From an uncultured Elusimicrobium sp. (GTDB taxonomy: Bacteria > Elusimicrobiota > Elusimicrobia > Elusimicrobiales > Elusimicrobiaceae), in contig CADAFA010000001.1 in NCBI GenBank assembly GCA_902787065.1, forward strand, positions 1 to 58,511: a stretch of 58,511 nucleotides of DNA, written 5' to 3'. Positions within the stretch are counted from its first letter, which is position 1. Every line of letters starts with the position of its first letter. The notes beneath the pieces were generated by a model that was given only the letters and a program-made list of their open reading frames with translations, ran no database searches and had not been told where the DNA came from. Positions 36,241-45,157 of the stretch are shown in pieces. A program made the translations under genes and the position numbers.

Positions 36241-36746
36241 TGGGTCTTTTCCTGGCAATACTTATAATTATACTTTTAATTTTATTTGTTCTGAAAATTA
36301 TTTTTGAACATACCGATTTTCAAACTTGGCTGAATATTTTAATTGTAACAGTCATATTATTTACCGTAATTTTATCAATATACATAGTATTGAGCAAAGT
36401 GCATACGGCAGGCACCCCGGCTAAAACACAGGTTACCAAAGAAGAAACTTTAGATAAAAAATCTACAAAACCAAGAGCAATCCCTCAAAAAGACATAGCG
36501 GAAATGACTGATGAAGAACTTTCCATAATGCTGGCAGAAAAGTACCTAACCCTAAAAACCGAATATGAAAAAGAGCATGAAGGGGAAGACGGTGCTGATT
36601 ATGCAAAACAACAAATCATGAACGAATATGATTTGCTTGAAGAAGAATGGGAAGCCTTATACGATAAATTTGTCCAAAACGGCTATTTGGATAAGGCAGC
36701 AAAAAACCTCAACCTAGGCATAGATTACTTAATAAAAACCAAATAA
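36237..36746 (+). CDS. Hypothetical membrane protein
   Basis: Two N-terminal TM helices, acidic C-terminal domain. ATGA overlap. Confidence 0.45.
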   Translation: MMGLFLAILIIILLILFVLKIIFEHTDFQTWLNILIVTVILFTVILSIYIVLSKVHTAGTPAKTQVTKEETLDKKSTKPRAIPQKDIAEMTDEELSIMLAEKYLTLKTEYEKEHEGEDGADYAKQQIMNEYDLLEEEWEALYDKFVQNGYLDKAAKNLNLGIDYLIKTK

Positions 36747-36764
36747 GTAATATTAGGGGGTAAT

Positions 36765-37511
36765 ATGAAAAGAATTGTCTTGCTAAGACATGGGCAAAGT
36801 TTGTGGAATAAAGAAAATAAATTCACAGGCTGGACTGATGTTATACTTACACCTGAAGGTTTACAGGAAGCCAAAAAAGCCGCAATTTTACTTCGGGAAA
36901 ACAGTTTTAATTTCGATTATTGTTTTACTTCTTACTTAAGCCGCGCAATAGATACTTTAAATATTGTTTTAAAAGGTTTAAACCAAGAGTATTTGCCGGT
37001 GGAAAAATCTTGGCGTTTAAATGAAAAGCATTACGGCGTTTTACAAGGTTTAAATAAAGCGGAAACGGCTGAAAAATACGGGGCAAAGCAAGTCCAAATT
37101 TGGCGAAGAAGTTTTGATATAGCACCGGCCCCTCTTGATGAAGAAGATCCTCGCAACCCCGCTTTAGACCCAATGTATAAAAAAATCCCAAAAGAATTTT
37201 TACCGCGTACCGAATCTTTAAAAGATACAATTAACCGCACTATGCCTTATTGGCAAGAAAATATTTTCCCGAAACTTAAAGATAATGACACTTTACTTAT
37301 CGTAGCACATGGCAACTCTTTACGTGGAATAATAAAGCACTTAAAAAATATCAGTAACGAAGATATTGTTAATTTAAATTTACCCACCGCAGTTCCTTAC
37401 GTTTTTGAATTTGATGAAAATTTAAATTTAATCAAAGATTATTTTTTAGGTAATCAAGACGAAATAAAAGCCAAAATTTCCGAAGTTGCAAACCAAATAA
37501 ATAAGAAATAA
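36765..37511 (+). CDS. gpmA: 2,3-bisphosphoglycerate-dependent phosphoglycerate mutase
   Basis: [21 protein letters not shown] catalytic His motif, RSFD, AHGNSLR second His motif. Confidence 0.9.
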   Translation: MKRIVLLRHGQSLWNKENKFTGWTDVILTPEGLQEAKKAAILLRENSFNFDYCFTSYLSRAIDTLNIVLKGLNQEYLPVEKSWRLNEKHYGVLQGLNKAETAEKYGAKQVQIWRRSFDIAPAPLDEEDPRNPALDPMYKKIPKEFLPRTESLKDTINRTMPYWQENIFPKLKDNDTLLIVAHGNSLRGIIKHLKNISNEDIVNLNLPTAVPYVFEFDENLNLIKDYFLGNQDEIKAKISEVANQINKK

Positions 37512-37540
37512 TTTCTTTACAAAAATACACAAAATTTTAT

Positions 37541-37648
37541 TTTCTCGTCGTAAGGTTTAAATACCTCTTGACAAGCTTTTTTTTTTTTACAATATAGTAT
37601 ATAGCTAAATTAAAAACGCTATAAAATAAAAATATGGAGAAATAAATT
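37541..37648 (+). promoter_or_regulatory. Pilin-paralog promoter/leader cassette with T12 spacer tract
   Basis: TTGACA 37568-37573, AGC, T12 37577-37588, TACAAT 37588-37593 (14-nt spacer) or TATAGT 37593-37598 (19-nt spacer). The leader ..TAAATTAAAAACGCT.. and GGAGAAATAAATTATG are shared with other paralogs. Confidence 0.5.
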
Positions 37649-38128
37649 ATGAATAAAAAAGCTTTCACTCTTTTAGAACTTTTAGTTGTGGTTTTAATTA
37701 TTGGTATACTTGCCGCAATTGCTTTGCCGCAATATAAATTAGCAGTTGCAAAAAGTAAATTCAGCACTTTAAAAAATGTTACGAAAGCTTTGCAAGAATC
37801 TACCGAAAGATCTTATTTGGCAAAAAGTATTCCACCTACCAAATTTAACGACTTGGATGTTTCAATACTAATAAAATCGGAAAATGAATATGATGATAAA
37901 TTTACTATATATCCCAAAAACACTGATATATATAGCTGCGAAATTTGGAAAGATTTAAGAGTTATTTGTAAAACATATATTTTTGGAATACAAATGATGT
38001 ACAGTAAAGAGGCTTGCACTGTCTACAGTTTAGATACTAATGATATCCCAAACCGACTTTGTCAAAACGAAACAGGAAAAAAAGAAGGGAAAAAAGCTGA
38101 TACCCGTTACACCTATTATTATAATTAA
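37649..38128 (+). CDS. Prepilin-type N-terminal methylation-domain protein (pilin-like paralog)
   Basis: MNKKA/FTLLELLVVVLIIGILAAIALPQYKLAVAKSKF. Cys-containing variable C-terminus. Confidence 0.8.
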   Translation: MNKKAFTLLELLVVVLIIGILAAIALPQYKLAVAKSKFSTLKNVTKALQESTERSYLAKSIPPTKFNDLDVSILIKSENEYDDKFTIYPKNTDIYSCEIWKDLRVICKTYIFGIQMMYSKEACTVYSLDTNDIPNRLCQNETGKKEGKKADTRYTYYYN

Positions 38129-38169
38129 AGGTTTACCGAAAAATATAGGAAACAAAAAATAAAAAATAA

Positions 38170-38724
38170 TTATTTACTATCTCTTTCCGATTGACCGCCG
38201 ATATTGTGAACTATACAGTCATCACCGTCTTTTTCTTTTAAATGCACGTGGATAATATCATCATCTGCGGTAATAACTTCCCTGCCAATATAATCAGCTT
38301 TTACAGGGATCTCGCGGTGGCCGCGGTCTACCATGACCAAAAGTTCCACTTTGCGCGGGCGGCCAAGATCGGTTATTGCGTCTAAAGCGGATCGAACTGT
38401 GCGGCCGGTGTATAAAACATCATCAACAACAATTAAATTTTTATCTTTAATATCAAAGCCGACTGAGGACGGTTTAATTTGAGGGTCTTCGGCAACTTTT
38501 GAAAGGTCATCGCGGTACCAAGTTATGTCCAAAATACCAACGGGTAAAGTAATACCTGCAAATTTTTTAATACGTTCTTGGAGGCGGTTTGCCAAATAAA
38601 CACCGCGTGTTTTTACGCCGATTAAGCAAAGGTTAGAAGTATCACTGTAATTTTCCAAAATCTGGTGGGCCATGCGGTCCAAACTTCTTAACATATCTGC
38701 TTGGTTTGCAATTATTTTTTTCAT
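38170..38724 (-). CDS. pyrR: Bifunctional pyrimidine operon regulator / uracil phosphoribosyltransferase PyrR
   Basis: PRPP-binding VVDDVLYTGRTVRSALDAI. 184 aa. Own extended -10 TGCTATAAT (38773-38765, minus strand). Confidence 0.9.
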   Translation of the reverse strand: MKKIIANQADMLRSLDRMAHQILENYSDTSNLCLIGVKTRGVYLANRLQERIKKFAGITLPVGILDITWYRDDLSKVAEDPQIKPSSVGFDIKDKNLIVVDDVLYTGRTVRSALDAITDLGRPRKVELLVMVDRGHREIPVKADYIGREVITADDDIIHVHLKEKDGDDCIVHNIGGQSERDSK

Positions 38725-38778
38725 AAATAACCTCTCAAAATTACGTCCTAAACTCCTTTTTAAAATTATAGCAAAAAA

Positions 38779-39837
38779 TTAAGTATAAATTTCAAGATAG
38801 GTGTGCAGGCCTTCGGCTTTGGCTCGTTCTACGGCGGCAAAATAAATTTTGTCCGCTTTAGCCTTATCGCCCAAAGCATAAATAACTTGCGCAAGGGAAA
38901 TTTCTGTTAAAAGCTGCCCGCGTATTTCATCGGAATTGGCAAATAATTTTTTGGCTTCTGCTAAAATAACCAAGGCTTGTTCAAGTTTATTTTGGCGTTT
39001 TAAAACATCAGCCTGCCCCCATTTAACAAAACCGAGATCAACAGTATCGTTTATCGCCGTATAAAGCAAAGCAGCGCGTTTATAATGCTTGGCGGCTTTA
39101 TCTAAAAAACCAAGCTGCCTAAGCCCGTTTGCCATACCACAATTTGTATAGGCTTTACCAAAAATATCCTGGGTTTTAGCAAATAACTTTTCAGCCTTCT
39201 CATAATTTAAGACGCAATTTTTTGCATCCCCGCTTACGCGTAAAATACCGGCAAGGCCGCATAAAGCATAGGCCATAGAAATTCTATCTTTAATACGCGC
39301 GGCATATTTATAGCTTTGTTTAAATAAATTTATACCTTCTTTAAAATTGCCTTCCAGACGGCAAATACCGCCTAAAGCCCAGGCAATAAAGGATAAACCT
39401 TCATAATCCTTTTCACTTTGATAATACTCCCAAACCTCTTTAAGTAAAATTTTTGCATCACTTAATTTACCTTCGGCACGTAGGGCTAAAGCAAGTTCCT
39501 GTAAAGCCAAAATCGCCTGATCAATTAATTGCTCTTTACGGGCAATTTCCCCTGCAGCGGAGGCAAATTTTTGTGCCTCTTTTGCTTTACCGAGCGTGCG
39601 GTAACATTTGGATAAAGCCAAAAATATATCAATTTTTTCTTCTGAAACTTTGGCTAATTTTTGGGCTTTTTTCGCTTCTAAAATAGCCTCTTCAAATTTA
39701 CCGAGCAGGCGGTAAGCCTCACTTTTAATGAAATAAAAATAACTTTCCTTTCCTTTATAAGAAAGTAAAATTTCCAAGACCTCAGCAGGTTTATTCTCGT
39801 TTAATAAATTTTCAAGTTGTATTCTGTCCATAATCAT
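38779..39837 (-). CDS. TPR-repeat protein (cytoplasmic, about 8 repeats)
   Basis: Repeating A.....Y..lG....A...f..A motifs throughout. ATGA overlap with the upstream gene. Confidence 0.7.
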   Translation of the reverse strand: MIMDRIQLENLLNENKPAEVLEILLSYKGKESYFYFIKSEAYRLLGKFEEAILEAKKAQKLAKVSEEKIDIFLALSKCYRTLGKAKEAQKFASAAGEIARKEQLIDQAILALQELALALRAEGKLSDAKILLKEVWEYYQSEKDYEGLSFIAWALGGICRLEGNFKEGINLFKQSYKYAARIKDRISMAYALCGLAGILRVSGDAKNCVLNYEKAEKLFAKTQDIFGKAYTNCGMANGLRQLGFLDKAAKHYKRAALLYTAINDTVDLGFVKWGQADVLKRQNKLEQALVILAEAKKLFANSDEIRGQLLTEISLAQVIYALGDKAKADKIYFAAVERAKAEGLHTYLEIYT

Positions 39838-40886
39838 TTACCTTTAATATTTCCTTTAATTTTCTTGCGACCTTTGGCTTGATATACGGTAAGCCAATTC
39901 CAAAAATCTTCTTCAAAAGCTAAAATATTTTGATACCTATAAGCGGCCCTTAAAGCCTCTTCTTCACTTGGGCGGGCCATAATTTTTTTACCGTCTGCGG
40001 ATAAAATAGGCTTTCCTGTTTCATCTGTTTTAGGGCTGTATTTTGTAAGTATTTCCATAAATTGCTGGAATTGCATACGCTTGCTGGGTGTTGGGGAATT
40101 TTCCGGCCTGAATAAAAAGCGAACCATAGCATAAGCTTGCAAATACCAATCATCTACCTTACCGTTTGCAAGGGCTTTATCATAAGAATTAGGTTCTATA
40201 AAATCAACAAAATTTTTAAAAAATACAATTTTATCTGAAACCGCAAATTTGCGCAAACCCTCTTTTTCCTTATGTGTTAACCCTCCGTTTTCTTTACGCA
40301 TTTTTAAAGTTTCATGCTCGCCGCCGGAAAATATATTTATCACTATTAAATCATGGTTCCAAACACCCCCCCGCGGTGTTTCGGCCAAATCTTCCATATT
40401 AACGGCTAGACCTTCATTTAGCCATACAGGCGGTTCTTTTTTAGGAGTTTTGGAATTAGGCGGGTTAAAAGTATTTTCAACAAACAAATGGGTAAGTTCA
40501 TGGGCGAACTTTTTCATCATATGTTTTTGCCGTTTGGGTTCGTCATACATAACAATAACATTACGGCCCGGGTCAAATAAAGCGCCGGACCAATCTTCCG
40601 CGATAGCACTGTTATGCATTAAAAAACTATTTTTATTTTGATAGACTTCTATATTAACAGTCCCGGGAATCATCCAAGCAATATTTTGGCGCAACATCTG
40701 GAAAATATTATTAAATTGCATTGCAAGGTTTGGGGTCATCATACCACCAGTATGCGGCTCAATATTTATATTAAAACCGCCGAGGTTACTTTTTATCCAT
40801 TTAATATCCCCTGCCTTATCTTTGGCTATACAAAATGTACCCAACATAAATAAAAAAATAAGGATTAATATTCTTTTATTTGGCAT
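39834..40886 (-). CDS. Secreted HExxH protein (putative zinc metallopeptidase, MA-clan-like)
   Basis: Signal peptide. FAHELTHLFVEN (HExxH) followed by WLNEGLA (a possible third-ligand Glu). 7-nt gap after the last pseudopilin gene. Confidence 0.5.
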   Translation of the reverse strand: MPNKRILILIFLFMLGTFCIAKDKAGDIKWIKSNLGGFNINIEPHTGGMMTPNLAMQFNNIFQMLRQNIAWMIPGTVNIEVYQNKNSFLMHNSAIAEDWSGALFDPGRNVIVMYDEPKRQKHMMKKFAHELTHLFVENTFNPPNSKTPKKEPPVWLNEGLAVNMEDLAETPRGGVWNHDLIVINIFSGGEHETLKMRKENGGLTHKEKEGLRKFAVSDKIVFFKNFVDFIEPNSYDKALANGKVDDWYLQAYAMVRFLFRPENSPTPSKRMQFQQFMEILTKYSPKTDETGKPILSADGKKIMARPSEEEALRAAYRYQNILAFEEDFWNWLTVYQAKGRKKIKGNIKGK

Positions 40887-40893
40887 TTTACGC

Positions 40894-41250
40894 TTATTGG
40901 CCTGTATTTACAGTAACGGTAAAAGTAGTAATTATTGTATAAGAATTGTTTATTGTAGCAGTGCCGGCTGTCATAGTAATAGTAGAAACGGTTACCCCAT
41001 TATTGGGATAATAAAGACAATTCATGTCCAAAGTTCCGCAAGGGGGTTCCCCCTTTAATTCTGAAGTGGCTTGGAAAGACATATATTGATCCAAACAACT
41101 GTCTGCAACTATTTGGGAGTCCAAAATACGTACCGTTCTGGATAAGTTAGCACTTCTTGTCACGGCATATCTAAGCATCAAAACGGCAAAAGCAGCAACT
41201 ATAAGCCCTATAACTAAAACTTGCATTAAAGCAGAACCTTTTTTGGACAT
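40894..41250 (-). CDS. Minor pseudopilin-like protein, non-canonical (no Phe+1/Glu+5; PilX/GspK-position)
   Basis: MSKKGSALMQVLVIGLIVAAFAVLMLRY hydrophobic helix. Last gene of the pilin row. TAATG overlap. Confidence 0.5.
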   Translation of the reverse strand: MSKKGSALMQVLVIGLIVAAFAVLMLRYAVTRSANLSRTVRILDSQIVADSCLDQYMSFQATSELKGEPPCGTLDMNCLYYPNNGVTVSTITMTAGTATINNSYTIITTFTVTVNTGQ

Positions 41251-41960
41251 TATGCCCCTCCCTTCCTAGTTAAAAAATGTTTAAATTTAAAGTAAACCGG
41301 CGGAGTACCTTCACCAAAATCCCTATTAATTGTATAATCGATGAATAATTCCGAGATACTATCAGATGGTATTGTCAAAGAAAAATCTGAAACATAAGGC
41401 ATGATATTTTCCCTGTTTGAAGCTGTAGAACAAAAGGAATGTGCATCACTTATTAAGGTGCTGATATTTATAACTTTATTCTCTGTAAGAAAATTATTTT
41501 TACAACGGTAAACTTGCATTGAATCCTTATCAAAAACGTATATTGTATAAGAAGGCTTTATACAACGGGAAACCATATTCCCCAATGTATCCCCTGTAGC
41601 CCAAGCATTATTTGAAGCACCGCAAATCGGATTGGTAATTCTCATAAGTTGGTCCCTGTTTTCAGGATTTATAACAGCCTCTTTAACAGAAATATATTCA
41701 CCATCATTGCAAGAAGCCCCACCTTTAGAATAGCTCCAAGGGCAAATAATTTCACTTGAGGAAATAAAATCAGAATAAATTTTCCTAAGAAAAACAGTAT
41801 TTTCATTTTTTATAATAGTCTGGCGTTGGGCTTGGGCAGTATGATTAGAAGAAGTTTTCCACATAGCAACCAAAGCAAGCATTACCATCCCAGAAATAAA
41901 GATGGACACCAACAATTCCATTAAAGTAAAACCTTTTTTCGTCATAATTATTCCGTACAT
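41250..41960 (-). CDS. Minor (pseudo)pilin, PilW/GspJ-position (alternative start at 41945)
   Basis: MTKKG/FTLMELLVSIFISGMVMLALVAMW. 231-236 aa. Confidence 0.7.
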   Translation of the reverse strand: MYGIIMTKKGFTLMELLVSIFISGMVMLALVAMWKTSSNHTAQAQRQTIIKNENTVFLRKIYSDFISSSEIICPWSYSKGGASCNDGEYISVKEAVINPENRDQLMRITNPICGASNNAWATGDTLGNMVSRCIKPSYTIYVFDKDSMQVYRCKNNFLTENKVINISTLISDAHSFCSTASNRENIMPYVSDFSLTIPSDSISELFIDYTINRDFGEGTPPVYFKFKHFLTRKGGA

Positions 41961-42403
41961 TGTGCCTTTAAACTTAAAACGTTAAAATGTTCCAGCTGAA
42001 CGGGCTTACTTACACACATCCCAGGATCCAGAGACAACCAAGCCTCCGGGAGGGATTGCGAAACTTTAACATTATAGCTAAACACCCCTGTACTATCTTT
42101 CTCACATAAATTTTTAAAATTAAAGGTAAAAAGGCCATTACATGTTTTTAAATCTTGGTCAGAAACTGAATATTCATAGTTGCATCCCATTTTTTTCAAA
42201 TGACATTCAGTATTTGAACGGCAATCTTTAAGCATACCATAAGCGCTTTGCAAACTATATAATACCTCTTCCCGTTCGGAAGAAGAAATTATAGCACGCC
42301 TGCTGGACATTAAGGCAGAAAATACAGCCCCTACCATAACAACCACCAGAAACATGGCTACTACTGCCTCCATTATTGTGTACCCTTTATTTTGCATAAA
42401 CAC
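41948..42403 (-). CDS. Minor (pseudo)pilin, PilV/GspI-position
   Basis: MFMQNKG/YTIMEAVVAMFLVVVMVGAVFSAL with Glu+5. Confidence 0.7.
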   Translation of the reverse strand: MFMQNKGYTIMEAVVAMFLVVVMVGAVFSALMSSRRAIISSSEREEVLYSLQSAYGMLKDCRSNTECHLKKMGCNYEYSVSDQDLKTCNGLFTFNFKNLCEKDSTGVFSYNVKVSQSLPEAWLSLDPGMCVSKPVQLEHFNVLSLKAQCTE

Positions 42404-42426
42404 TACCTAGAATTATCCTCTTCAAT

Positions 42427-42906
42427 CTAGCAGGATTCATCCTCCTGCTTATAAACTCTTCCCAGGGAATCTATACAAGCGCATTTACCGGCATATATGC
42501 CTGCATTTTCTAATCCTTTCATAGAAATTACAGGAGAACTACAAGCACAACACTCCGCATCTAGCCCTAACTGAAAAGAATACCTGTCAAAAATATCCTC
42601 TCTGTCTTTTATATATTTACAAGCTGTTAGTATAGAGGGCTCCAATCTTAAATTCTCTTGGCCATAAATATTTTGTATATTACACTCTGTCAGATAAACA
42701 TCGCCCCCACCTATTTTTACACCTGGATAATCCTTTTCAAAATTCATACGAGCTTCATTTAGTTCCCTCATATAAATTAAAGCTTTACCGTTATAAGCGT
42801 CATCTATATATCCTTTAATAAAAGGAGTGCTTAAAACCGCTAAAATCATTAAAATAGCTATTACAGCTACCATTTCCGCCAAAGTAAAACCTTTGCTCAG
42901 TTTCAT
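42427..42906 (-). CDS. Minor (pseudo)pilin, FimU/GspH-position
   Basis: MKLSKG/FTLAEMVAVIAILMILAVLSTPF with Glu+5. Several Cys in the C-terminal half. Confidence 0.7.
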   Translation of the reverse strand: MKLSKGFTLAEMVAVIAILMILAVLSTPFIKGYIDDAYNGKALIYMRELNEARMNFEKDYPGVKIGGGDVYLTECNIQNIYGQENLRLEPSILTACKYIKDREDIFDRYSFQLGLDAECCACSSPVISMKGLENAGIYAGKCACIDSLGRVYKQEDESC

Positions 42907-43403
42907 TAATTTTGTACCTCTACTACCGTATCAGTGTTAGGATTAAAAAAAGCACAAGAAGGGTAACCTTCAACATTTTGCTCTTTAGGTTTCATAAAAA
43001 CTGACAATGTATCTAAATTACCTCCGCAAGCACTATTACTTGGAATGCCAAAATAAAAATTAAATTTTTCATCAAACCCTAAACTCTTTTCTATATATCC
43101 GCAAGTAAATATACTTTTCATTTTTTCACTGGCATTATGGCTATAATAATTGCAAGTCCCACTTTCAATAGTTGTATCTATAAGCAAAGGTGCTGATAAA
43201 CCCGGTTGACCATACTCCAATATAAACCTTGCAACACCGCCACCTAAAGCAGCTAATTTCCCTTTTGCGGCTTTTACTTCCCCTTCCCTTATAGTATTAG
43301 TATAATAATAAACACCGTAACTGGCAAGTACTGCCACCAAAATTACGGTAACAATTAGTTCCATTAAAGTAAACCCTTTTTTATTTAAATAATTAAAGCT
43401 CAC
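42906..43403 (-). CDS. (Pseudo)pilin
   Basis: MSFNYLNKKG/FTLMELIVTVILVAVLASYGVYYY. Confidence 0.7.
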   Translation of the reverse strand: MSFNYLNKKGFTLMELIVTVILVAVLASYGVYYYTNTIREGEVKAAKGKLAALGGGVARFILEYGQPGLSAPLLIDTTIESGTCNYYSHNASEKMKSIFTCGYIEKSLGFDEKFNFYFGIPSNSACGGNLDTLSVFMKPKEQNVEGYPSCAFFNPNTDTVVEVQN

Positions 43404-43902
43404 AACTATCTAACCTCACTTTTTTTACAATAGCAGGATTTGTTTTTTGTATAAAAAATTTATAACATTCTTCAACATCCTCATCCGGGCCGGTAAACTT
43501 ACAAGTGGTATGGGACAAAATTGAAGTATCCTGATTATCTCCTATTGTATAGCGGCAATTCAGAACTCCTTCAGCCGTTCTTAAAGAATACTCCGTAGCA
43601 GAACCAGTTCTTAAACCCCATCGGTTGGAATTTTGCAAATATACATATCCCTGTTCTGTATCTTCTTGTGTTAAGAGATCAAAATTATCTTTATTGAAAA
43701 TACCTGACATCGGGTTAGAATCATGAATTTCATTATACAATTTTACAGCTGTGGTTAATTCAACTAAACCGATTTTGGCCATTTCCATTTGATTTGTCAT
43801 AACAGAATTTTTAAAAGAAGGTGCAACCAGTAAAGCCAGTGCAGCAATAATTAAAGTAACAACAACAACTTCAATTAAAGTGAACCCTTTTTTACCCGCC
43901 AT
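43393..43902 (-). CDS. (Pseudo)pilin, first of the row. Candidate major subunit (PilA/GspG-position).
   Basis: MAGKKG/FTLIEVVVVTLIIAALALLVAPSF. 1-nt gap after the platform gene. Confidence 0.7.
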   Translation of the reverse strand: MAGKKGFTLIEVVVVTLIIAALALLVAPSFKNSVMTNQMEMAKIGLVELTTAVKLYNEIHDSNPMSGIFNKDNFDLLTQEDTEQGYVYLQNSNRWGLRTGSATEYSLRTAEGVLNCRYTIGDNQDTSILSHTTCKFTGPDEDVEECYKFFIQKTNPAIVKKVRLDSCEL

Positions 43903-43903
43903 A

Positions 43904-45130
43904 TTAACCTCCGATTTGGGACATTTTAAATATCGGCAAGAAAATAGACAAAACTATAACAGCTATTATAGAACCTATACCTACAATTAAAATCGGGTCA
44001 ATCATAGCAGAAAAACGGGCTAGGAATTGATTAACTTGTTCTTGATAGAATACAGCAAGGGTTTCCATAATACTAGGTAAACGCCCAGATTCTTCACCCA
44101 TAAGCATCATTTCAGTCATCAAACCAGGGAAAACTTTAGTTTTTCTAAAAGATTCTGATAAACTCTTACCTGAAGCAACTTCATTTTTAGTATAGGTTAT
44201 AGCTTCCTTTATAATAACATTACCGGCAAAAGATTCTTCCATAACAGTTAAAACGTTAATAATGCTTACACCGCTGTTTAACAAAGTAGCCATGTTATTA
44301 AGTAATTTTTCATAGTAAATATTAGAAACAAATTTGCCGAATATAGGCATGGTTAAATGAAATTTATGCCAAACTTTTTTACCTGACGGAGTAGATATAA
44401 TCATATAAAATATAGACACAATAGCAACTATAATTGTAAATATTAAAAGCCAATGATCTGCTATAGCATGTGAAACATTCAATACGATTTTCGTTATTGT
44501 AGGCAATTCCATGTCAAAGTCTCTAAATATATCAGCAAATGTCGGGACTATCCCTACCACGAAATACACTAAAACACCCATGGCCATAATAAACAATACT
44601 GCCGGGTAAGAAACTGCGGTAATAATTTTGCTTTTCAAAGCTTCTTTAGATTTGACGTATTTAGCAACCTGCATCAAAGCATCAGCTAAATGGCCGCCAA
44701 CCTCACCTGCTTCAATCATGGAAATCCAAGTATGGTCAAATACTCTAGGGAATTTATCAAGAGCTTCATGCATAGAATTACCACTCGCAATATCGCGGGC
44801 TACTGCTACTAAAACAGGCCCAAAATTTTTATCTGTAGAGTATTCTCCAAGCAAAGATATAGCCCTGATTAAAGGAACACCACCGCTTAGCAAAGTTGAA
44901 AGCTGTTCAGCAAAAAAGGCTAAAACATGCCCTTTTATTTTTTTAGAACCGATACGCGCAGAGCTAAATAAAGAAGCAAAAGAAGTTTTTGCCTTTTCCG
45001 GTTTTATTTCTAATACAATAAAACCCTTAACCTGTAAAGCATAAATAGCCTTTTCTATAGTATCAGCTGTTATTGAACTTCTTATATACTTTCCATTAGT
45101 ATCTTGAACTGTACAATTAAACCTAGGCAT
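43904..45130 (-). CDS. pilC: Type IV filament platform protein (PilC/GspF family)
   Basis: 408 aa. Duplicated GspF-type domain (FFAEQLSTLLSGGVPLIRAI.. and YEKLLNNMATLLNSGVSIINVL..). Three TM segments. Confidence 0.85.
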   Translation of the reverse strand: MPRFNCTVQDTNGKYIRSSITADTIEKAIYALQVKGFIVLEIKPEKAKTSFASLFSSARIGSKKIKGHVLAFFAEQLSTLLSGGVPLIRAISLLGEYSTDKNFGPVLVAVARDIASGNSMHEALDKFPRVFDHTWISMIEAGEVGGHLADALMQVAKYVKSKEALKSKIITAVSYPAVLFIMAMGVLVYFVVGIVPTFADIFRDFDMELPTITKIVLNVSHAIADHWLLIFTIIVAIVSIFYMIISTPSGKKVWHKFHLTMPIFGKFVSNIYYEKLLNNMATLLNSGVSIINVLTVMEESFAGNVIIKEAITYTKNEVASGKSLSESFRKTKVFPGLMTEMMLMGEESGRLPSIMETLAVFYQEQVNQFLARFSAMIDPILIVGIGSIIAVIVLSIFLPIFKMSQIGG

Positions 45131-45157
45131 ATTATCTCCTTTTATTCATTTGCTAAA

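Noticed and set aside
37537-37767. 76-aa minus-strand ORF
   Set aside because: It spans the pilin promoter cassette, the T tract and the 5' end of the pilin gene. Its poly-Lys stretch derives from the T tract. It is not credible as a gene.
38725-38765. PyrR binding-loop-like sequence in the pyrR leader (UUUUGAGAGGUU vs consensus ARUCCAGAGAGGYU)
   Set aside because: Only the GAGAGGYU half matches, and that half is simply the Shine-Dalgarno. The UCCA part is missing and I could not draw the flanking binding-loop stem.
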